Origin: an uncultured candidatus Brocadiaceae bacterium
GTDB lineage: Bacteria; Planctomycetota; Brocadiia; SM23-32
Reading direction: 5' to 3'
Length of the DNA: 64,000 bases
Assembly: GCA_964592385.1 (NCBI GenBank)
Contig: CAZQEQ010000005.1
Span: 586-64,585, forward strand
The notes beneath the pieces were generated by a model. The model saw nothing but the letters and a program-made list of their open reading frames with translations, did no database searches and had not been told where the DNA came from. Position 1 is the stretch's first letter; every line of letters starts with the position of its first letter. A program made the translations under genes and the position numbers. Positions 1 through 10,427 of the stretch are shown here, in pieces.

Positions 1-396
1 TGCGGCGTCGTAGTACTGGATCTTCTCTACCTTGACGACGTAGACGTCTATCGAGCCGCTGGGGTGCGTGGCGTCATCCGCATCGGGGTGGGGCGGGTCG
101 TCACTTGCCGTCACGGTGATCGTCTTCTTCCCTACCGAACTGGGCACGGTCCACGTGGAATAGGTGCCCCCGTCCTCCTCTGGGTCGAAGCTGCCCGGGC
201 CGCTCCATGTGTACAAAAGCTCGTCATAGAAAGGCACCCAATCCCCCTCGCCCGGTGCCACGCTCATGCGCTTCTGCCTGCTGCCGAGAACGGGGGATTC
301 CCCGGCGGCGTCACGGCGCCGGAGGGCATGGGAATTGAGGTCGCCGGCGTTGCCGCCGGGGGCGGGAAACTGCCCGGCTGGGGGGACGGAATACAT
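1..396 (-). CDS. hypothetical protein, N-terminal part only (gene runs off the left edge); start uncertain (ATG 396, ATG 267 or TTG 480)
   Basis: The minus-strand frame is open from 483 down to base 1. It is absent from the ORF track because it is truncated. My translation ...MSVAPGEGDWVPFYDELLYTWSGPGSFDPEEDGGTYSTWTVPSSVGKKTITVTASDDPP...VYVVKVEKIQYYDAA has protein-like rather than shadow-ORF composition. It runs in the same direction as the upstream gene. Confidence 0.4.
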   Translation of the reverse strand, partial: MYSVPPAGQFPAPGGNAGDLNSHALRRRDAAGESPVLGSRQKRMSVAPGEGDWVPFYDELLYTWSGPGSFDPEEDGGTYSTWTVPSSVGKKTITVTASDDPPHPDADDATHPSGSIDVYVVKVEKIQYYDAA

Positions 397-521
397 GGTC
401 CAAAGCTCCGCACGGAGCCGGTGCGCCGATACCAATGCGCTCCATAATACCAAGCGCAACAGTACACCCCCGCCGCCCAAGTGTCAAGCCTTTTCTTGAT
501 AGCATCTGGCGGGTGAACCCG

Positions 522-2252
522 TCACTCCGGCGGCAGGGGCACGACGGGCAGGATCACGCAGGAGGGGTGGGACGACGAGACGTGCAGCGTGTTGCTCGCT
601 ACGGGCGAGGCGTCGTAGGAACGCACCGGCTCGTAGGAGTTGGGATGGACCTCGTACTTGGGCGAGTTGCTGCTGGTCACGTGGACGGCGATGCGGTGCC
701 CCGCGTTGAAGACGATGGCCGTGCTCCACATGTCCATCATCAGCCGGTAGACCGTGCCCTTCTCGACGGGCGCGGGCCGGTCGGAGCCCTGCCAGTAGCG
801 AGCCATGATCGCCGAGTCGCGCACGAGCGCCTGGCGGCCGTCCGGATAGACGTCGATGAGCTTCGCCATGAAAGTCGTGTCCGGCACGTCGGAGCTGACG
901 TGCAGCTCCGCCCAGAGCTTGCCCGTGACGGCGAGCGGCTCAGAGAGCGGCCCGGTCTGAAAGCGCAGGACGTCCCCCCTGGCCATTAGGGGGCGCTGGT
1001 CCCTGGGACCGGCGTTATCGGCGGACAGGATGTCGCCGCCGATGGTCGGGACGGGGTCGCGGGGGTCGTAGCGGTAGGTGAGCGAGGCGTCCGGCTCCGC
1101 GGGCGCGTTCCTGGAAAGGCTGCCGTCCCGGTGCATGTAGAAACGCACGGGCGTGTGGTCCACGGGCCACTTGTAGGCCACCTGCCAGACGTTGCCCGGC
1201 GCCTGGGGGTCGGTCACGTCGCCCATCAGGTAGTAGAGGAGCCTGGATCGAGTATCTGCGGGCTCCTTGCCTTCGATCAGCTCCCCCAGGCTCACCGATT
1301 TCACGCCCTCGGGCCACCGGGCGGCGGGGTATTCGAGTCCCTGCATCTGCCCGTGCGTGCCGGCGTTAATCTGGAGGAACGCCCGGCCGGTCCCCGAGAG
1401 CGCCGCGAAGTTGTCCACCTGCGACTCGCTGAAGATGTTGTACCAGCCGCCGTTGTTGATGAACCAGATCCGGTTGTCCTTCGCGCGCTCGCGGCAGAAG
1501 CGGTGCCACTCGTCCGGGTCGAAGGGCGTGGTGGTCGGCTTCGGCCATTCGGGCACGGGGACGGACTTGTTGGAGAGCCAGCCGTAGAGCTTGCGCCGGA
1601 CGCCGTTGTGATAGAGCCAGTAGAGGTGGGCGTGCCCGCCGGAGTTGCCCGGGCAGCAGGCGGTGACGTGGGGCGAGTTGGAATAGACGGCCATCACGGC
1701 GGCCATGCCGTGCCCCGACCCGCCGATCATGATGACGCGGCCGTTGCACCAGGGCTGCCCCGCGATCCACTCGGCGGTGTCGGCGCTGTCCTCGATCTCG
1801 TTGTCGAAGCTCTCCGGCTCGACCGTCTCCCTGCCCTCGGAGTCGCCGTCGCCCCGGACGTCCTGCACGACGAACGCGACGGCGTGATCCTTGACGCGCT
1901 CGTAGTAACTCAACGCGCGCCAGCGGCCGTAAGGCGTCCGCATCAAGACGACGGGCCATTTCCCCTCGCCGGCGGGCAGGAAGACCTCAGTGGCGAGACG
2001 GACACCGTCGCGCATGGGCATCATGACGTGCTCGTGCCGCGTCCCTTCGGGGAAGGGCGCGAGGGCCTGGCGGAGGCGGTGCGCCTCCATCTCGGCCTGC
2101 GTCAGGGTGCCGTCGGCGTCCGCGTCCGCCTCGGGATTGTCGCGCAGGTAGACGGCGAGGGCGCCGTTGCTCCGCGAATCGCTCCCCGCCAGGCAGGCGG
2201 GGCCGCCGAGAAGGGCGAACAGCATCACGCCGACCGTGAGCCGTCTTCCCAT
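522..2252 (-). CDS. secreted CocE/NonD family hydrolase (peptidase S15 / X-Pro dipeptidyl-peptidase-like)
   Basis: Signal peptide MGRRLTVGVMLFALLGGPACLAG. MRDGVRLATEVFLPAGEGKWPVVLMRTPYG and the IGGSGHG elbow match my memory of CocE/NonD hydrolases. GGGAGG RBS 7 nt upstream. Confidence 0.75.
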   Translation of the reverse strand: MGRRLTVGVMLFALLGGPACLAGSDSRSNGALAVYLRDNPEADADADGTLTQAEMEAHRLRQALAPFPEGTRHEHVMMPMRDGVRLATEVFLPAGEGKWPVVLMRTPYGRWRALSYYERVKDHAVAFVVQDVRGDGDSEGRETVEPESFDNEIEDSADTAEWIAGQPWCNGRVIMIGGSGHGMAAVMAVYSNSPHVTACCPGNSGGHAHLYWLYHNGVRRKLYGWLSNKSVPVPEWPKPTTTPFDPDEWHRFCRERAKDNRIWFINNGGWYNIFSESQVDNFAALSGTGRAFLQINAGTHGQMQGLEYPAARWPEGVKSVSLGELIEGKEPADTRSRLLYYLMGDVTDPQAPGNVWQVAYKWPVDHTPVRFYMHRDGSLSRNAPAEPDASLTYRYDPRDPVPTIGGDILSADNAGPRDQRPLMARGDVLRFQTGPLSEPLAVTGKLWAELHVSSDVPDTTFMAKLIDVYPDGRQALVRDSAIMARYWQGSDRPAPVEKGTVYRLMMDMWSTAIVFNAGHRIAVHVTSSNSPKYEVHPNSYEPVRSYDASPVASNTLHVSSSHPSCVILPVVPLPPE

Positions 2253-2275
2253 CGGGTCGCCTCCCTTCCTGCCGC

Positions 2276-3361
2276 CTACGCCCTGCCCTCTTCGATCATG
2301 AGCTCCAGGGGGAACTCGTCCTGCTGGAGCGGCAGCTCGATGCGGGCGTTCAGGCGGGCCGACTCGTAAACGGCCATGAGCACCTCGAACTCGCGCAGGG
2401 CGTTCGCCGCGCAGAGCGGGTGCGGGGCACCCTCGCGGATGGTACGGGCGAACATAGTGTAGCTCTGGCGCATTGGGAACAACTGGTCGGCTTCGGCCTC
2501 CGAGAGATTAAGCGGCGCGGGCCGCCAGCCGCCGGCCTCCTCGTCGCGGATCAGCAGGGGCGGCTCGGCCCTGTCCCCGGAGCGCCATAGCCGGCCCACC
2601 GTGCCGAACGCCTCCAGGTCCTGGTAGGGCCGTCCCGGGAAGCGCACGCCACCGATGAGCATCTCGGCCCGGACGCCGGTCCCGAACTGGAAGGTGGCAA
2701 TGGCCCCGGTCTCGATGGGGTGGCCGTAGCGGTAGCCGCCGGACGGATTGCGGCCCTCGGCCTTCTCCTCGGAGGGGTCCGGCCTGTCGCGGTAGACCTG
2801 TCCGAAGACCCATTCGACCTCCGGGTCGCCGGCCAAATGGAAGAGCAGGTCCACCGTGTGCGTGCCGTCGGTGACGACCTGCCCGCCGCAGGTGCCGCGG
2901 ACCAGGTAGAGGTCGCCGATGGCGCCCTCCTCGATCAGGCGCCGCATCGCGACGTAGGCGGGGTGGAGCCGGCGCTGGTGGTTGAAGATCAGGGGTATGC
3001 CCCTGGCCTCGCACGTCTCGGCCATGGTGCGCGCCTGGCCCATGGACTTCGCGACGGGCTTCTCGCAGCAGATGCCCCGGGCGCCCGCCTCGGCCGCGTG
3101 GATGGTGATCTCGGCGTGGCTGCTGGTGGGCGTGGCGACGGCGACGACGTCCGGCCGCGTCTCCGCGATCATCTCGCGGTAGTCGGTATAGACCCGGACG
3201 CCGCCGACGCCCTCGGCCAGGCCGGTGGCGCGCTCCTCGTCGATGTCGCAGACGGCGACAAGCTCATACTCGTCCAGGCCGGCCATGGCCCGGGCGTGGT
3301 TGGCGCCCATCCCGCAGCCGACCACGACCGCCTTCAATGCCTCAGCGTTTCCGTTCATCAT
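2276..3361 (-). CDS. Gfo/Idh/MocA family oxidoreductase
   Basis: ORF 2276..3409 trimmed to ATG 3361, which overlaps the upstream stop by 1 nt (TGATG). Rossmann motif KAVVVGCGMGANHA. Typical family length. Confidence 0.8.
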   Translation of the reverse strand: MMNGNAEALKAVVVGCGMGANHARAMAGLDEYELVAVCDIDEERATGLAEGVGGVRVYTDYREMIAETRPDVVAVATPTSSHAEITIHAAEAGARGICCEKPVAKSMGQARTMAETCEARGIPLIFNHQRRLHPAYVAMRRLIEEGAIGDLYLVRGTCGGQVVTDGTHTVDLLFHLAGDPEVEWVFGQVYRDRPDPSEEKAEGRNPSGGYRYGHPIETGAIATFQFGTGVRAEMLIGGVRFPGRPYQDLEAFGTVGRLWRSGDRAEPPLLIRDEEAGGWRPAPLNLSEAEADQLFPMRQSYTMFARTIREGAPHPLCAANALREFEVLMAVYESARLNARIELPLQQDEFPLELMIEEGRA

Positions 3362-4194
3362 CAGCCCTTTCCCAGGCTCCGAACAAAGGCCAGCGACCTC
3401 TCCAGACACTCGAAGGAATCCATGCCCTGCGGCCTGAACATCTCGATCTCCATGACGAGGCGGTCGGGATTTGGCGCTACCTCGACCAGCTTATCGTAAC
3501 ACTCGCGCAGGCCGACGTCGCCGTCGCCGGTGGCGCAGCTTTCCAGCAGCACGCCGCGCGGCTTGCGGTTGCCGATGACGATGCGCTCGTCGCGCCAGTG
3601 CGTGCCGACGACGTACGGCGCGGCCAGGTCGAAGGCCGGGTGGATGCGCTCTCCTGCCCAGAAGATGTTCGCCGTGTCCAGGTGGATGAACAGGTGCGGC
3701 GTGCGCTCGCACATCTCGACGAAGTCGGAGACGTAGAACTCGCCCTGGTTGTTGATGCCGAGCGGCGTGCCCAGATCGTGGCAGACAACGGCAATCGGCG
3801 CCATGCGCTCGCAGATTCGGTCGATCTTCTCATCGACCGGCAGCGTCCTGTCGAAGCGGTGCCCGCAGCCGGCCTTCGTGAAAACCGACCAGTTGCGCAG
3901 CACTGGCGTGAGCGCACGGAGGGCGTTACAGATGCGCTCCGTCTCGCGGTCGGCATCGCCGGCGTCCGCGCCGACGAAGTCATAGCCGACGTACGGCGTC
4001 AGGTGCAGCTCGTTGTCGGCCAGGAAGCGGCCGAGCCCCTCCCGCTCCGCCTCGCTCATGGCCGTCACGTCCTCCAGCGGCACGCCGGTCTCCACCAGGT
4101 CGTGCGCCAGGAGGAACTTCAGCTTTGCGTAGAGCTTGTCCTCGTCTTCGGTCAGGAACTCCGGATACCATCCGTTCGCGTAACCCCAGAGCAT
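3361..4194 (-). CDS. sugar phosphate isomerase/epimerase (xylose isomerase-like TIM barrel)
   Basis: HLDTANIFWAGE and LVMEIEMF motifs typical of the AP-endonuclease-2/xylose-isomerase-like TIM family. GGAGG RBS. Confidence 0.65.
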   Translation of the reverse strand: MLWGYANGWYPEFLTEDEDKLYAKLKFLLAHDLVETGVPLEDVTAMSEAEREGLGRFLADNELHLTPYVGYDFVGADAGDADRETERICNALRALTPVLRNWSVFTKAGCGHRFDRTLPVDEKIDRICERMAPIAVVCHDLGTPLGINNQGEFYVSDFVEMCERTPHLFIHLDTANIFWAGERIHPAFDLAAPYVVGTHWRDERIVIGNRKPRGVLLESCATGDGDVGLRECYDKLVEVAPNPDRLVMEIEMFRPQGMDSFECLERSLAFVRSLGKG

Positions 4195-4254
4195 GGTCGG
4201 TTTCCTCCGAGCCCAATCAAAAACTGTCCCGTCCCGGCCCGCTGCGAGCGCGGG

Positions 4255-5079
4255 TCACAGGCTGTTCACGAACTCCACCGCCTGCGCGAGCGCCTGCCGC
4301 TGGGTCAGGCCCTCGACCGGATCTATCTCCATGAGCATGACGAGCTTATCCGGCTCGGGCGCCTCGTCCAGGAGGATCCCGTATATCTCGCGCAGGCCGG
4401 CGTCGCCCTGGCCGGGCACGGCGCCTTTCAGGTGCAGCCCTATCGGGTTGAAGTTGGGGAAGGCGTAGTGGTCCTTGAAGTGCGAGCCCCACGTGTAAGC
4501 CGCGCAGGCCCGCGCGGCAGCGACGGGCAGTTCGCCGATCAGGAAGGCGTTGCCCGTGTCCAGCAGCACGCCCAGGCCGGGCGCGCGGCTGCACAGCGCC
4601 GCCAGGTCCTCGCCGAAGTGCGCCACCTTGTGGATAGACAACGGGCAGCCGGCGTCGAAGCAGTGCTTCGCCAGCGGCGCCATGGCCTCCGCGAACCGCT
4701 CCACCTGCTCCGCCAGGGGCAGGTCGCGGCTGTAGTGGTGATACTGCCGGCTCAGCCCCGTCCCGCAGAGCGGCGTCCGCATCATCTCCGCCAGCGTGTC
4801 CACCGCCTGCATGGCCGTCTCGGTCTCCTGCTCGAGCTGGCCGGCGTCGTCGGAGAGCCAGTGGCAGTGCAGGCCCAGGCAGACGTGCACGTCGCGCTCC
4901 TGGAGCCAGCCGGCGATCTGTTCGAGCCGGCCCGGCTCCATCTGGAGCAGGTGCCCGGCCGACCACTCCGTCGCGTGCAGGTCATATTCGCCCAGAAGCT
5001 CTATCTGGGCGCGGTATGGATCGTCGGCGCCGGCGGTCAGGCCCGACGTCCAGCCGCCGCTGGTCAGTCCCCAGAGCAT
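4255..5079 (-). CDS. sugar phosphate isomerase/epimerase (xylose isomerase-like TIM barrel)
   Basis: Resembles the neighbouring gene (both begin MLWG...). LLDTGNAF and LVMLMEID motifs. GGGAGGAG RBS. Confidence 0.65.
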   Translation of the reverse strand: MLWGLTSGGWTSGLTAGADDPYRAQIELLGEYDLHATEWSAGHLLQMEPGRLEQIAGWLQERDVHVCLGLHCHWLSDDAGQLEQETETAMQAVDTLAEMMRTPLCGTGLSRQYHHYSRDLPLAEQVERFAEAMAPLAKHCFDAGCPLSIHKVAHFGEDLAALCSRAPGLGVLLDTGNAFLIGELPVAAARACAAYTWGSHFKDHYAFPNFNPIGLHLKGAVPGQGDAGLREIYGILLDEAPEPDKLVMLMEIDPVEGLTQRQALAQAVEFVNSL

Positions 5080-5329
5080 CTATCTCCTCCCTTCCGAGAG
5101 CCGCCCGGGCCGTCCCCGGGCTTTGCCAACCGGAAGCCACGGAGCATAACACACCCGCCGGCCGACGCAAGGGCATCCTGCTTTTTTGGGGGTTCCTCGG
5201 CCGGGGGCGGCCGAGCTACACGTCAGACTGGGTGGCGCGGGCGCCCCCGCCCACGGGCGAAACGAAAGCCTCCGGCTTCCCTCGCGAGAACGCCGGGGGT
5301 ATGCTCGTGACGGGCCTGTCAGTGCGCGG

Positions 5330-6703
5330 CTACTCGGTCCGCTTGATGACGTGGAAGCCGAACGGGGTCTCGACGACGTCGGATATCTCGCCGACCTCGA
5401 GCTTGAAGGCGGCCTCCTCGAACGCCTTGGCCATCTGGCCCTTGCCGAACGTGCCCAGGTCGCCGCCCCTCTCTCCGGTGGGGCCGTCGGAGTACTGGCG
5501 GGCCAGCGCGGCGAAGTCCGCCCCCTCGGCCTTCGCCTTCTCGAGCACTTCGCGGGCCAGTTCCCTGGCCTCTTCCTTGGTGCGCTCGGCCTCGGACCTC
5601 TCAGCGCCCTCGTAGCCGATCAGGATGTGGCTGGCCGCGACCTCGTCCGGCGTCTCGTCCTTTGGCAGGTCCTCGACCAGTTCGTCGAGCGGCTTGCGCA
5701 GCTTCTTGGCGCGCCAGCTCGACACCTCGTAGACCCACGGCGCGTGCTGCGGCGTGAACTCCCTGGCCCTGTCGCCGGCGCGCAGCAGCGCGTCCTTCTT
5801 CTCCAGCTCCTCATCCGATTCGGTCCTGGTGACCGTCACCCTGTCCTGTGCGGGGCCAATGGCCGAGAGCTTCACGTAGTACTTCTCGTCCTTCTCGGCC
5901 GACTGGATGACGTAGGTCAGCCCGTCCTTGAACAGGCACTTGTAAACCCCGTCCCACTGAAGGCCCTCGACGCTGCCGGCCCGCGCCACGTCGTCCATGC
6001 TGAAGTTCGACAGCGCCTCGAAAACGTACGTCAGCTCGGAGGCCTTCGCCCGCTTGCCCTCGGGCACCTGTTGCAGTTGCGCCTTGTCGTCCTCGCCGCG
6101 CACAAGGGCATAGGAGTCCTCGCCCACGCTGACGTCCACCCGTTCGACCTCATCCGCCTGCACGGTGACCAGGTCCTTGTCAACGTAGTCCATGGCGGCG
6201 GTGTCGAACCAGAGGTAGCCGTCGGTCAGGTACACGGTGTCCTCGCCGCTCAGGCGGACGTAGGCGCCGGAGCCCTGCTCGGCGCTCTTGCCCTTGATGA
6301 AGCCGATGAGCGGGTTCCCCTCCGCGTCCCGGAAGGAGACGGCCACGGCCTCGGCGCCGCCCTCGACGACGCCCAGTTCCCCGTGGTTGGCGGCCGAGTC
6401 GGTGACCTTCCGCGCACAGCGGATGTCGAGGACCTTGATGAGCAGGTCGTTTATCTCCTTGACGGACGCGGGGTAGCCGGCCTTGTCGGCCACGACGAAT
6501 CCCTGTCCCTGCCTGCTGAGCGTGACGGTGGAGGAGTCCTTCTCGATGACGATGCTGCCCACGTTCTCGGGCGCGAGGCCCTGTATGAGCAGTACGCCGC
6601 TCCTGAACCCCGGCTGGGGGGCGCCGCCGGAGTAGAGCAGTCCGGTCAAGGCGATCAGAACGGCGGCGGCGATGGCAAGGATGGTCAGTTGCCTGTTTGT
6701 CAT
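5330..6703 (-). CDS. membrane-anchored DUF4340-like protein fused to a C-terminal PpiC/parvulin peptidyl-prolyl isomerase
   Basis: N-terminal TM helix [19 protein letters not shown]. It occupies the position after a GldG-like gene where DUF4340 proteins normally sit. The C-terminal ~100 aa are a clear parvulin domain (ASHILIGY...[20 protein letters not shown]...[10 protein letters not shown]). ATGA overlap with the upstream stop. Confidence 0.7.
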   Translation of the reverse strand: MTNRQLTILAIAAAVLIALTGLLYSGGAPQPGFRSGVLLIQGLAPENVGSIVIEKDSSTVTLSRQGQGFVVADKAGYPASVKEINDLLIKVLDIRCARKVTDSAANHGELGVVEGGAEAVAVSFRDAEGNPLIGFIKGKSAEQGSGAYVRLSGEDTVYLTDGYLWFDTAAMDYVDKDLVTVQADEVERVDVSVGEDSYALVRGEDDKAQLQQVPEGKRAKASELTYVFEALSNFSMDDVARAGSVEGLQWDGVYKCLFKDGLTYVIQSAEKDEKYYVKLSAIGPAQDRVTVTRTESDEELEKKDALLRAGDRAREFTPQHAPWVYEVSSWRAKKLRKPLDELVEDLPKDETPDEVAASHILIGYEGAERSEAERTKEEARELAREVLEKAKAEGADFAALARQYSDGPTGERGGDLGTFGKGQMAKAFEEAAFKLEVGEISDVVETPFGFHVIKRTE

Positions 6704-8730
6704 CCCACTGTCCTCCGTGCAGCGTAGCGTTTGGCCCTGACGTGGCGGATCACGCCGAGAAGGATGGCGATGAGCAGGACGCCGGCGGGCGCCCAGACCA
6801 TGTTGTGCGTCTGGAGGGCGGCCTTGAGCGCCTCGATCTTCTGGCGCTTGCCCTCGTTGAGCTTCCTCAACTGCTTGCGCGCCACGCGGATGTCTTCCTC
6901 GATTCTCCTGCGGTCGGCGATGATCTCGCTCTCGAGCAGTCCCGGCTCCTCCTCGGTCCCGGACCGGTGCAGTTCGTTGAGCCTGCTCTCGTATTCCTGG
7001 ATCTTCTGGTTGAGGGCGTTCACTTCCTCGGCGGTTGCCTGCTCGGCCTTGCGTTCGACCTCCTCAACGACCTTGAACGGCCGGCTGAACAGCCCGCGCG
7101 AACGGACGTCTATCAGGTCGCTGCCGCCGGCAAGGAACTCCAGCGAGTTCAGGACCGCCGCCGCGTTGTCGCCGACCGGGCTCTTCGCCCCGAAGAAGGT
7201 GTCCTGGTAGGCGATCATGTCAGTTATCATGTCCACGTCCGCGAACACCAGGACAACCGCGTCGGGATCGGCCTCCTTGACCACCTGGACGGGCTCCTCC
7301 TCCGGCTCCGCAGGCTCGGGCTCTGCGGGCTCGGCCTCTTCGGCGGCTTCCGGCTCCGCCGGCTCGGCCTCATCCGTTTCCTCGGCCTCGGCGGCCTGCT
7401 CTTCCTCATCCCGGCCCGGAGGGCCATCGGGGAAGTTCGTCTTGAGATTGCCGCCTATGCGACAGGCCAGCATGAGCTTCTCCGTGCCGTCACTGACGGC
7501 GCGCCTGACCGTTTCGGGGTCGAACATGCTCAGCTCGAACTGGTTCTCGGGCGTCCACGTGTTGGCCACGTCCGAGGTCTCCAGCAGCGGCGTCACGTCG
7601 GTCCCCGCACCCTCCACCCGCTTCAGCGCGCCGGCGAACAGCAGGCGCACCGTGTGAAGCTTCGCGGTGACGGGCTCGTCGGGGTTGACGCAGGTCTCGT
7701 TCAGGTCCAGGTAGGTGACGATCGGCGACGGGAGGGCGTTCCGCTGGACCGCAGCCGTCACGGCCAGCCTGCTGTCGGTGGCTATGGCCTTCGGGGCCAT
7801 CTCGACACCCCAGCCGCGCAGCAGGTCGTTGAGGCCGGACGAGGTCTCGTGCTCCATGCCCGCCCACATGTTCTGCGGGTCCTGCTGCGGCTGGTCAAGC
7901 ACGCAGTGCGGGTCCACGAACACGATGAGCTTGCCGCCCTTCATGACGTATTGGTCGATGGCGAACAGCGTCTCCTCAGGCAGGTCCTTGGGATGAATCA
8001 CCATCAGGAAGTCAACGTCATTCCCGATGGACTCGGCGTCCGCCTGGACCGCGACGACCTCGTATTCCTGGCGCAGCTGCGTGACAATCGTCCACGGCCG
8101 GGGCGGCATCCGCCCCTGCGCCTGCATCATCTGCATCATGTAGGGCGACATCTCAGCGCCCATGGCGGGCAGGGAGGAGAGCACGCCGACCTTCTTCATC
8201 TCCCGCCGCGTCACGTTGGTGAGCAGGCGCGAGACGTCGTACTCGACCAGCTCCTGCCGCCCGGGCTCGAAGAAGCCGATCGCGTCCTCCTTGCCCAGTT
8301 CGGTCTGCGCCACGAGTCCGAAGAAGAAGCTCTCGTCCTCTGACAGGGGGAACCGCTGGATCCCGTGCTGGATCGCCTCTTCCTCGTCGTCGCTGTAGGC
8401 CCGGGGGTCTACGACCGAGAGCGCCAGCAGGCCGTCGGACCGGCGCACGTACTCCTCCAGCAGCGAGCGCACGTAGAGGTAATAGTTGTTGTAGTAACGG
8501 ATCTGCTCGGGGCCTTTCATGGCGGCCGTCCGGGAATAGTAGAGCCTCAACCGCACCGGCTGGTTGAGCTTGCCGATGATGTTGCGCGTCCCCTGGGACA
8601 GCGTATAGAGTTCGTCCTGCGTCAGATCGACCCGGACGCTCCCGACAAGTTTCTGCACGACCAGTATCGAGCAGACGGTGATGATCAGGATCAGGAGCAC
8701 GGCCAGCGAGGTTCTCAGTGTGCCTTTCAT
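6700..8730 (-). CDS. GldG-like ABC-transporter accessory protein
   Basis: N-terminal TM followed by [14 protein letters not shown]...VRLRLYYS, typical of GldG / 'ABC-type uncharacterized transport system' proteins. Internal E/P/A-rich acidic insert. C-terminal coiled coil plus TM. ATGA overlaps at both ends. Confidence 0.7.
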   Translation of the reverse strand: MKGTLRTSLAVLLILIITVCSILVVQKLVGSVRVDLTQDELYTLSQGTRNIIGKLNQPVRLRLYYSRTAAMKGPEQIRYYNNYYLYVRSLLEEYVRRSDGLLALSVVDPRAYSDDEEEAIQHGIQRFPLSEDESFFFGLVAQTELGKEDAIGFFEPGRQELVEYDVSRLLTNVTRREMKKVGVLSSLPAMGAEMSPYMMQMMQAQGRMPPRPWTIVTQLRQEYEVVAVQADAESIGNDVDFLMVIHPKDLPEETLFAIDQYVMKGGKLIVFVDPHCVLDQPQQDPQNMWAGMEHETSSGLNDLLRGWGVEMAPKAIATDSRLAVTAAVQRNALPSPIVTYLDLNETCVNPDEPVTAKLHTVRLLFAGALKRVEGAGTDVTPLLETSDVANTWTPENQFELSMFDPETVRRAVSDGTEKLMLACRIGGNLKTNFPDGPPGRDEEEQAAEAEETDEAEPAEPEAAEEAEPAEPEPAEPEEEPVQVVKEADPDAVVLVFADVDMITDMIAYQDTFFGAKSPVGDNAAAVLNSLEFLAGGSDLIDVRSRGLFSRPFKVVEEVERKAEQATAEEVNALNQKIQEYESRLNELHRSGTEEEPGLLESEIIADRRRIEEDIRVARKQLRKLNEGKRQKIEALKAALQTHNMVWAPAGVLLIAILLGVIRHVRAKRYAARRTVG

Positions 8731-9461
8731 CCCATGGCCCTCCTCTGTCCGAGCGTGACAGTGTTCGCCCAGAGCCAGCCCGCCGCCAGCAGGCCAAAGA
8801 ACGCCACGTCACGCACCTCCATGACTCCGCGCTGGACGGACTCGAAGCGCGATTCGATGCTGAGGCTCTCGGCCGCCTCGACCAGGTTCATCGGCAGGAA
8901 GCCGCTCAGGTAGTTCATCACGGTGGGGCTCCCTGCGAAGAAGAACAACACGCAGACCACGACCGATAGCACGAAGGCGATGACCTGGTTGCGCGTCAGG
9001 CCGGAGAAGAAGCTCCCGATGCCCAGGTAGGCCCCCGCCAGCAGGAAGGCGCCGACGTAGCCGGTGATGATCGGCCCGGGGTCCGGGTCCCCCAGGTAGC
9101 AGACCGTCAGGACCATCGGGCAGGTCAGCACCAGGGCCAGCGCGATGACCGACCAGGCGGCGAAGAACTTGCCCAGCACGGCCTGCGTCGCGGTGATCGG
9201 CAGCGTGAAGAGGAGTTCGACGGAGTTGGTCCGCCACTCCTCGGCCCAGAGCCGCATCGCGATGGCCGGGACAAGGAAGATAAACAGCAGCGGCAGGTTC
9301 GAGAAGAAGATGCGCATCGAGGCCTGCCGCATCTCGAAGAAGTTCCTCTGGAAGCTCAGGAAGGCGGTGAAGAACAGGAATATCACCAGGAACACGTACG
9401 CGAGCGGCGTGGAGAAGTACGCGCGCAGTTCCCGTTTGAAGACGCTCAGGAAGCCTCTCAT
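8727..9461 (-). CDS. ABC-2 type transporter permease (GldF-like)
   Basis: The track ORF 8727..10058 begins with 199 Arg/Gly-rich codons that overlap the ATPase gene. The real start is ATG 9461 (MRGFLSVFKRELRAYFSTPLAYVF...), in an ATGA overlap with the ATPase stop. Multiple hydrophobic TM segments. Confidence 0.75.
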   Translation of the reverse strand: MRGFLSVFKRELRAYFSTPLAYVFLVIFLFFTAFLSFQRNFFEMRQASMRIFFSNLPLLFIFLVPAIAMRLWAEEWRTNSVELLFTLPITATQAVLGKFFAAWSVIALALVLTCPMVLTVCYLGDPDPGPIITGYVGAFLLAGAYLGIGSFFSGLTRNQVIAFVLSVVVCVLFFFAGSPTVMNYLSGFLPMNLVEAAESLSIESRFESVQRGVMEVRDVAFFGLLAAGWLWANTVTLGQRRAMG

Positions 9462-10201
9462 GAGACACCTCCCGCCACGCGGGCCTTTCGGCCGCCTCTG
9501 GTCAGTTTGCGGAATATCTGGTCCAGCTCGCCGCCCTCGCGCTTGCGCAGCTCGGCCGGCGTCGAGTCCACCAGGAGCCTGCCCTCGTTGATGATGATGA
9601 TCCGGTTGCAGATGGCGTCCACTTCCTCCAACAGGTGGGTCGAGATGATGGTGCTCTTCTCGGGCGCCAGCTTCTTTATCAGGTTGCGCACGTCGTGCTT
9701 CTGGTTGGGGTCCAGCCCGTCGGTGGGCTCGTCCAGGATCAGCACCGGGGGATTGTGCACGAGCGCCTGCGCCAGCCCGACCCGCCGCCGGTAGCCCTTC
9801 GAGAGCGTCCCGATCGGCTGGTGCATCACCCCGGTGACGGCGCACGACTCGGCCACGCGGTCTATCGCGGCGGTCCGGCGCGCCCGGTCCATGCCCCGCG
9901 CGTCGCAAACGAACTTCAGGAACGCCTCGGGAGTCATCTCGTCGTAGGCGGGCGCGTTCTCGGCCAGGTAGCCCACCCGCTGCCTCACCTCCACCGGGTC
10001 CTTGACGATGTCGTAGCCCTCCACGGCAGCGGTGCCGCTGTCGGGCGGGAAGAAGCAACTGAGCATCTTCATGGTGGTGGTCTTCCCCGCCCCGTTGGGG
10101 CCCATGAAGCCCAGAACGTCGCCTTTCTGAACCGAAAAGGAGACGCCGTCAACGGCGACGATCGGGCCGAAACTCTTGCGCAGATCCCTGGCTTCAATCA
10201 T
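9458..10201 (-). CDS. ABC transporter ATP-binding protein
   Basis: Walker A GPNGAGKTT, signature LSKGYRRR, Walker B LILDEPT. AGGAGAGG RBS. Confidence 0.9.
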   Translation of the reverse strand: MIEARDLRKSFGPIVAVDGVSFSVQKGDVLGFMGPNGAGKTTTMKMLSCFFPPDSGTAAVEGYDIVKDPVEVRQRVGYLAENAPAYDEMTPEAFLKFVCDARGMDRARRTAAIDRVAESCAVTGVMHQPIGTLSKGYRRRVGLAQALVHNPPVLILDEPTDGLDPNQKHDVRNLIKKLAPEKSTIISTHLLEEVDAICNRIIIINEGRLLVDSTPAELRKREGGELDQIFRKLTRGGRKARVAGGVS

Positions 10202-10315
10202 CGGTAGCGCCTCTCCTGCTCAGCCATTATCCATGTGGGAAACCGGGCCGGCCGCGCGCAAGGTCGCGCGCGATCATTCGGGAAGATGTCAGGCCGCCTG
10301 CGTCCGCTCGGATCG

Positions 10316-10378
10316 AAAAACGCCCCGCCGGGCTCAGGCGAGCCTCTGCCCCCGGCCTGCGGAACGCCCGGGGCGGCG
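10316..10378 (-). terminator. terminator-like / attenuator-like GC hairpin plus T5 tract
   Basis: On the minus strand, 10366-10378 pairs with 10321-10333 (11 of 13 by my count). TTTTT follows (plus-strand AAAAA at 10316-10320). The structure lies downstream of the 10467 stop and also downstream of the promoter-like site at 10399-10427. Confidence 0.4.
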
Positions 10379-10398
10379 CACTTTACCCAGAATTTGCC

Positions 10399-10427
10399 AA
10401 CATACTGTACGAGCGAGCGTTTTTCAA
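10399..10427 (-). promoter_or_regulatory. sigma70-like promoter candidate for the ABC operon leader
   Basis: Minus strand TTGAAA (10427-10422), 17 nt spacer, TATGTT (10404-10399). It sits in a locally AT-rich patch of an otherwise GC-rich region. Confidence 0.4.

Noticed and set aside
5100-5329. Hairpin CTCGGCCG-GGGG-CGGCCGAG with an adjacent T6/A6 tract, as a possible terminator after the DUF4340-PPIase gene
   Set aside because: On the minus (transcribed) strand the tract after the stem is A-rich, not U-rich. On the plus strand the T tract precedes the stem. It therefore does not fit an intrinsic terminator in either direction.
7260-7400. GGCTC/GGCCTC-rich quasi-repeats
   Set aside because: It is a coding low-complexity (E/P/A-rich acidic) insert within the GldG-like protein, not an independent DNA element.
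9462-10058. N-terminal 199 codons of track ORF 8727..10058
   Set aside because: This stretch overlaps the ABC ATPase gene in another frame and is Arg/Gly-rich. The permease clearly begins at ATG 9461, with an ATGA coupling. Similar N-terminal trims were applied to 21078..23591, 25777..27156, 36660..38138, 38163..40124, 39976..41388, 46187..47548, 53296..54927, 53323..54327 and 61934..63022.
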